Under the pieces are notes generated by a model that was given only the letters and a program-made list of their open reading frames with translations, did not search any database and had not been told where the DNA came from. The position numbers were made by a program, and so were the translations under genes. Shown here piece by piece: positions 57,063 through 64,000 of a DNA stretch of 64,000 nt. Source of the stretch: the human T2T-CHM13v2.0 reference genome, Homo sapiens. Numbering within the stretch: the stretch's first letter is position 1; each line of letters starts with the position of its first letter. The DNA lies in NCBI RefSeq assembly GCF_009914755.1, contig NC_060936.1; one strand, 5' to 3'.

Positions 57063-57802
57063 AGGCTTTGTGGAGTTAGATCAGTCCAGTTATATTTGAT
57101 GAGGCTATAAGCTACTTTGAAGATTAGAAACATCAGGGTAAAGAGTCTGGAATGATAGTTTGTCTTTTAATAATTCCCAACTTTTATATTTTTATGTGAG
57201 TCAAATGTTGATTTCAAATGCCCTTTTAATTCTGTGGGACCAATTTATAGTACTCAATTTTCAGAATAGTAAATCTTTGTAGTTTTACGTTTCAATTAAT
57301 ATTCAAAAACTTGATCCTTATTGGTAATAAACCCACGTATCTCAGCTAATACAAGTTATCTTTTATATGTATGCATACTAAAATTTGTCATATTTTCAAG
57401 GTTTCTGGGCATATATGACTTACTGAAGGGATGCAGTAAATAGATGTTGCTCTGAGAATAGTGTTATAAGTTGGCATAAATTTCCTGACTGTCTATGTGG
57501 ACAAAGGATCAAAATGACAAAATGATCATTTTCTGTGTGTTTTATTTTCCAGTGATGATTATGCCAAGAACACAGTGAGAACTCAGTAAATATTTATTGA
57601 CTAAATTTTGTGGAAAGATCTTCATTGTCCTCCAAGAGGGGATTGGATTTTCCTGAAATACTTCTTGTTTCAGGTTGCAGCAGTCTGGGGGAAAGAAAAT
57701 AAAAATTTTAAAATTTTCACTCATCTTTCTTCACATGAAAAAATCAGTATTAGAAAGTTCCCAAGTACCAGTGAATATTTATAATAAATAATAATTATAA
57801 TA

Positions 57803-58112
<310 letters not shown>

Positions 58113-59118
58113 TTATAGTATTTGAGGTGCCCGTATATTTAGAATCTCCATAAATGTTGGGCTAACCAGGACAGTAATAAGCAAGCCTCCTTCTGGCATA
58201 AATCCAGTGAGTCAAGTTTGTGTGTGTGTGTGTTTTATTTTGTTTTTTTGTGGTTTTTTTTTGGTAGCTGTTGCGTAAATTCTGTATTTGTGCAAATAGA
58301 TCTGTTCTTACTATGTTCTTCATATGTCTCTTTTATGACACTTATCACTTTGCATTTGAGATGTTTGTTTTCTCTTTAGGAAGACTGTGACTGCCATGAG
58401 GCTAGAGAAAGGATTTTATTCATTTGTTAAAGATCAGAGTCAGGTATAGTGACTGGCACACAATGTTTGTTTCTAAATACTTGCCAAGTTAAATTATTGG
58501 AATAATTTTTAGTATTCTTGTGGATACCAGAATACTGATCACTACAAGTACTTCTCTAAAATAATTGCAAAAGGTACATTTCTTTTGGTCGCAAAGGAGT
58601 AATTGTGACTGAATTTAACCTTCTGACTCAAAACAACAAGAAAAACAAAAACAAACAAATGAAAAACTGATTTCCAGGCATTGGTAATGGGTAGTGCAAA
58701 ACACTGATCCCAGAGAGAGGAACTAGTAAACCCTGTAATTACCCCAGCTATTAGGAGATTATGTAGGCTGCAGCATAAAACAGAATGGCTTATGGTTTCA
58801 CTGAGTTGAGGGGACACAGCTTAGATAAGCCAAGATAGCCATTAGCTGTGAGAAAAAAACAATAGAGTGGAGGGAGCTACATGGAAGAATTTTGTGGACA
58901 CCTGAAGAGGAGCCCCCTGGAGTCTTTGTCTGAGTTCCAATCTGCAAACCGTCTGAGGCCAGGGAGGGGTGCCTAAAGAGAAGTATGCGGAATTATACTC
59001 AGAAGGCCTGCAGTCATACAGGCTTCGGATTAGATTTTGCTCCAACTAGACAAACATGTAAGCACCTTTTAATAATTGGGAAATCAAACAGAGTCCTCAG
59101 AAAGCTATTCCCTTGGTA

Positions 59119-59969
59119 CAGGTTGAGTATACCTTATCTGAAACACTTGAGACCACAGTGATTTGGATTTTGGGTATTTTTTCAAATTTTATGTTTGCAT
59201 TTATATATAAAATGAGCCATACTGGGGACGAGATCAAAGTCTAAACACAAAATTTATTTATGTCTCATATATTCCTTATACACATAGCCTGAGGTAATTT
59301 TATACAATATTTTAATAATTCTGTGCATGAAAAAAGTTTGTGTACATTTAACTGTCAGAAAGCCAAGGTGTCACTATTTCAGCAACCTATGTGGACAGTC
59401 TGCAAAGGTTTGCCAAAGCTATCATTCCTGATTCTGAATTTGTATGCTACCAATACGCAATTATTCTCTCTTTCTCCCTCCCTCCCTCACCCCCACCCCC
59501 GCACCCCTGCCTTCTCTCTTTGGGAGTCAGGGTCTTCCTCACTTACCCAGGCTGGAATGGAGTGGTACAATCCTTTCTCACTGAAGCTTCGATTTCCCAG
59601 GCTCAAGCAACCCTCCTGCCTCAGCCTCTTGAGTATCCAGGACTACATGCATGCACCACCATACCTGGTTATTACTTTTTTTTTCATTTTTAGTAGAATA
59701 AGGTCTCGCTATGTTGCCCGAGCTGGTCTTGAACTCCTGAGCTCCCTCGGCCTCCCAAACTGCTAGAATTACAGGCATATGCCACCATGCCTGGCCCAAA
59801 TATTTTCTTATACTTATTCACATACAAGTACTTAACAATTAAAAAATATGACATACCATTCATACAGTGAAAATAAATAATGTGACTTGTCATGTCATGT
59901 GGCACTCAAAAATTTTCAGATTTGGAGCATTTAGGATTTCAGATTTTCAGATTAGGGATGCTTACCCTG
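59119..59969 (+). mobile_element. Tigger4-like element interrupted by an antisense Alu (59520-59797)
   Basis: TA|caggttgagtataccttatctgaaa ... ttttcagattagggatgcttaccctg|TA TIRs. Confidence 0.8.
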
Positions 59970-60269
59970 TAGGAGGATGAATTTTCATCAGCCTAAAATA
60001 TAATTTAAGCTCACATTAACAAACTTTAAAAGCAAGGCTTGAGAAACCAAACTTAGTTTAAGTAACAAAACTGTGTTTCAGAACACACTAGAGAATATTT
60101 ATGGGGATATAAAAATATCCAACATCCCACAGTATAAGATTTAGAATTTCTATCATCCAATTCAAAATTACCAGTCATGAAAAGAAGCAGGAAAAAATAG
60201 CTCCTATCCAAGATGCTAATAAATCGATAGAACCAGATGTAAAAATGACAAAAATGGCATAATTGGGTA

Positions 60270-60605
60270 CCTTAGTCAGTTTAGGCTGTTATAACAAAAT
60301 ACCTTAGACTGTGTGATTTATAAACAGCATGGATTTACGGCTTACAGTTCTGGAAACTGGGAAGTTCAAGATCAAGGCACCAACAGACTCAGTGTCTGGT
60401 GAGGGTTCCTCCTCTGCTTCAAAGACGGCGCAATTGTTCTGTGTCCTCACACAGCAGAAGGGGTGAGACCAACACCCCTCAAGTTCCCTCAGCTTCTTTA
60501 ATAAGGTCACTAATTCAGTTCATGAGGACAGAGTCCTTGTGACCCAATCACCTCCCAAAGGCTGACCTACCTCTTAATCCCATCACCTCAGGGGTTAGCT
60601 TTCAA
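60270..60605 (-). mobile_element. MaLR LTR (MLT1A/MSTD-like)
   Basis: cttagtcagtttaggctgttataacaaaatacc...cacagttctggaaactgggaagttcaagatcaagg. Confidence 0.78.
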
Positions 60606-61174
60606 AATAAAATAGCGTACTGTAAGCAAGACACCATAAGGATATACAGGTGAACAAATCACAGTTTTTATCCCTGAAGAACTCTCAGTCTGGAAGAACA
60701 AATGGGAATGTGCATCACTATCATCTATGGCAAACTGTGATGAGTTTTCTGATTTTCTATTGATTGGGGTTGTTTTTATTGCAACTAATGGGAAAAAATC
60801 CATAAGGATTCCATAAAGAGAGGTGATAGTTCTCTTATACAAAACTCTAGAGAATTCTGGCATTCATTCAGAAGCTCAATGGAGTCAAAGAAGATGTCTA
60901 TGCAAGTCTTTTCATTTTTCCCTCATGGTTTTTAAGATGTGTGCTGCCTCTCCAGCCATTACAACCTAATTCCATGCAAGACAAAGGTAATATGGAAGGG
61001 TAATATCAATTAGGTCTCCCAGGTATCAGTGTCACAAAAGCTTTCCAGGAAGCCCCATCTCCACTGGAGATGTATACTTAGTAATTATTAGTTAAAATTG
61101 AGTCAAATGGACACCTACTACTGCAAAGAAAGCTAAGGGGGAAAAGAAAGATTCCTGCTTTTTGGTGGGGGGGG

Positions 61175-61465
61175 TTGGGCAGGGACAGGGTCTCACTCTG
61201 TCACCCAGGCTGGAGTGTAGTGTCAGGATCTCAGCTCACTGCAGCTTTGACCTCCGAGGCTCAAGCAGTCCTTCCACCTGAGCCTCTTGAGTAGCTGGGA
61301 CTACAGGTTCGCACCATCACGACCAGCTAATTTTTGTGTTTTTTATAGAGACAGGGTGTCACCATGGAGCCCAAGCTGATCTTGAACTCCGGGCTTCAAG
61401 TTATCTGCCTTGTCTCAGCCTCTCAAAGTGCAGGGATTACAGGCGACAGCTACCACACCCAGCCA
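61175..61465 (-). mobile_element. Alu (AluJ-like)
   Basis: TSD agattcctgcttttt on both sides. Confidence 0.9.
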
Positions 61466-62269
61466 GATTCCTGCTTTTTAATAGAATATGAGTTACTCAC
61501 CTTAATAAAGAAAAGAAGAATGAATATACCGTAGAACGTTAACAGAGTTTATCATATGCCTGTTGAAATGTGTGCTGTAAAAATCTTGTAAGTAAGGGAA
61601 GAATCAGTTACATCTGAGTAGGATCAATTGACAAGGAGTTCCTAATGTGAGTTGCAGAGTCTCTTCACCTCTCTGGGGTTTCAGTGTTTCATTTAGACTT
61701 CCAAATACTGAAATACATTATGTAGGGGGAAGGAGAAAACAGAATTCTCTTTATTTTTCTCAGAGACTTTTATGTTGAATAAGTTTGTTCATCTTCTGGA
61801 CACAACAAAGATAACTCCTGAGATTTAAGCCCTCCTCAGTAGACCAAGAAATAGAAAGTTATTTTCAGCCAAAGGACCCCAGCTATCACAAGGATCACTT
61901 TTTATGTTTCCCCAAATATTGGCATTTCGAATGGACCTCATTATCACTAAATCTGGTGTTCTGAAATCAGTGTTACCCTTGAATTTCAAGGTAGGAGATT
62001 TGCTTCACATAGGATTTATTACAGAATTGTATTTACAGTGAGTTTGAGTAGAGTATTAAAATGTGAGTCTGCTGTAGTCTTATTAATTCATTATTAATTA
62101 TTCATTCAAATATTTATTGCTCAATGGTGGGGTTCCAAATTCTGGGCTAGACAGCGAAGCATTTCCTCCTAGGGCATGCAATGCATTGGAGGATACTAAA
62201 TGATGACACTAACAAACGTAAATCATGAAAGAACAAGTCTTAAAAGCTCATTTTAAAGCAAGTAAAAGT

Positions 62270-62440
62270 ATAATTGGAATTTTCCTAACACAAAGAAGTG
62301 ATAAATGCTTGAGGGGATGGAGACTCCATTTACCCTGATGTGATTATTATACATTGCATGCCTGTACCAAAATATGAGGTATTTATCCCATAAATACATA
62401 TGCCTACTATGTACCCATAAAAATTTAAAATTAAAAAAAA
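62270..62440 (+). mobile_element. L1MA 3' end
   Basis: gataaatgcttgaggggatgg...ccatttaccctgatgtgattatt...ctactatgtacccataaaaatt. Confidence 0.8.
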
Positions 62441-62667
62441 ATTCTTAAAAGTTCATGATGAAGGAACGTGTCCCTGTTAAGGAGGTTGGAGAATTCTTCC
62501 ATGAGAAACTGACTATTGATCTCACTATGGTGAATCAACAAGTAGAAGATAAGAAGATGCAGATGGGAGAGACAGGAGTTCCAGAAAGAGGGGAAAGCAC
62601 ATCTAAAGGGCCTGCAGCAAGAAAGACCATGGGGAAGACAAGGAACTGAAGAAAATCCTTGTGGCAG

Positions 62668-63232
62668 TGATGCAGGACACGTGGGCCCCAAAATTGGGGC
62701 TTAGCCTGGGAGCGTTCTTGGCTTTGTCCAGGAAATAATTCAAGGGTGAGCTAATGGTGTTGGACAGCAATTGTTTATTGAATGGTACTGTTCCTTGTGG
62801 AGCAGGGCTAACTCATAGTCAGTGTGTCCAGAGTCAGCAGCCTATGGGCTATTGGCAACGGTATTCATACCCACTTATACCTACTTTCAATTATATGCAA
62901 ATTATGGAGTGGTTAATGCAAATTGAAGGTGGGTTATTTCAAACTTTCTAGAAAAGGGGTGGTAACTTCCAGGTCACTGTCGTGGAAAGGGGTGGTGGCT
63001 TCCTGGTTGTTGTCATGGCAATTGTAAACTGTCATAACACTGGTGGGAATGTCTTATGCTAAGTCACAGTGATGGCAGCTACGGATTGTTTTCAGCACCA
63101 TCTGCTGGTTTCAGCCAGTTTCTTCACTGGACCAGATCTGGACCCATCTGGAGCAGATCCCATCTGGACCAGATCCTGTTTTGGTCAGCAGGGTTGTGAC
63201 CAGAAAAGAAGTCCTGCCAGTCTCCTACTTCA
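62668..63232 (-). mobile_element. ERV1-class solo LTR (subfamily uncertain)
   Basis: TG...CA termini, gccccaaaattggggcttagcctggg motif and antisense AATAAA; inserted in L2-like sequence. Confidence 0.7.
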
Positions 63233-63499
63233 GTTGGAGCTGGAAGATGAGATATCACACAGAAGGAGGAGGCTGGACAGAGAAGGAGATGCCTGAGGAT
63301 GCCATACTTTGGAGGAAGACACCAAAATTTCTTCTAAAGAGGGAGGCAGCACCATCTGATTTGTGGTTAAAACATCACTTTGGCTGTAGGAGGGAGATTA
63401 GGTTAGAATGAAAGAAGTAGTTGGCAGTGCCTGACATAACCCCTGCTGTATACATCACTGCCGAGCAAAATAATTAACAGCATTAGCAGTGATGACAGC

Positions 63500-63760
63500 A
63501 GCACCAGTAACAGCAAACACTGAGAGTTCCTTTATGCAAAGCAGCATGCTAAGTGCTTTGCCTGCACTCTCTAATTTATTCCTAACAGTCACAGTCTAAT
63601 TTATTCCTAACAGGAGAGAAACATTAGTATCTCTATTATACAGAAGAGGAACACTGAGGCTCAGAGAGATAGAGGCTTGTCCCAGTCATTCAGCTTGTAA
63701 GCATCAGTGGTAGGACACACAACCAGACAGTCTGGCTTCACAGTGCCTGACCTTAACCAT
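63500..63760 (-). mobile_element. MIR
   Basis: MIR core acagaagaggaacactgaggctcagagag. Confidence 0.65.
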
Positions 63761-64000
63761 GAAGAACAGTTGTTCAAACAGGTATAGACTTCCTCAAGTC
63801 ATTTTTTGAAAGAGAGGTTTGTATAAGATGCCATTGAATATATAATTGGGCTCAAATAAAGTAGGTAAGTATAAAACTATGCACTTATGAGATATAGACA
63901 GAATTAACAGTCATAAACTCATATGCTTACTAGGTCCATATTGGTAAAAATAAGCTGGCCAGACCAAGACAGTGGGAAGGACTGTGGGAACTACAGATTT

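Noticed and set aside
63570-63613. 19-nt near-tandem duplication (also a 14-nt one at ~51131)
   Set aside because: Ordinary slippage inside old repeats.

Overview
This is a primate, very probably human, intronic or intergenic window. It is dominated by interspersed repeats: about 22 Alus, old and mid-aged L1s, MaLR and ERV1 solo LTRs, Tigger, MER8, MER44 and MADE1 elements, and L2/MIR. I found no intact protein-coding gene, structural RNA gene or CRISPR array. Nearly all ORFs in the track are Alu, L1 or microsatellite translation noise. Two real gene-derived fossils are present. (1) A PGBD3-family piggyBac transposon copy at ~38.16-40.18 kb. It keeps its MER85-type left end, transposase-binding palindromes and exon-trap splice acceptor. 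Its catalytic half is inverted, its 3' end is deleted, and it still shows all three catalytic Asp codons. It abuts a short L1 piece and a KIAA1586-like hAT transposase remnant. (2) An NDUFA5 processed pseudogene at 52.6-54.07 kb with a 17-bp flanking direct repeat, carrying a 34-nt stop-containing insert at what looks like an exon junction (candidate fossil poison exon). The window also holds several short locally templated duplications. The most striking is a chimeric ~380-bp insertion at 23.1-23.5 kb, built from an inverted copy of 28.2-28.3 kb joined to a direct copy of 25.4-25.6 kb. I cannot demonstrate a new functional biological system from sequence alone; the best leads are the fossil and rearrangement observations listed. 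Repeat subfamily names and parent-protein comparisons are from memory of consensus sequences, not from a search.
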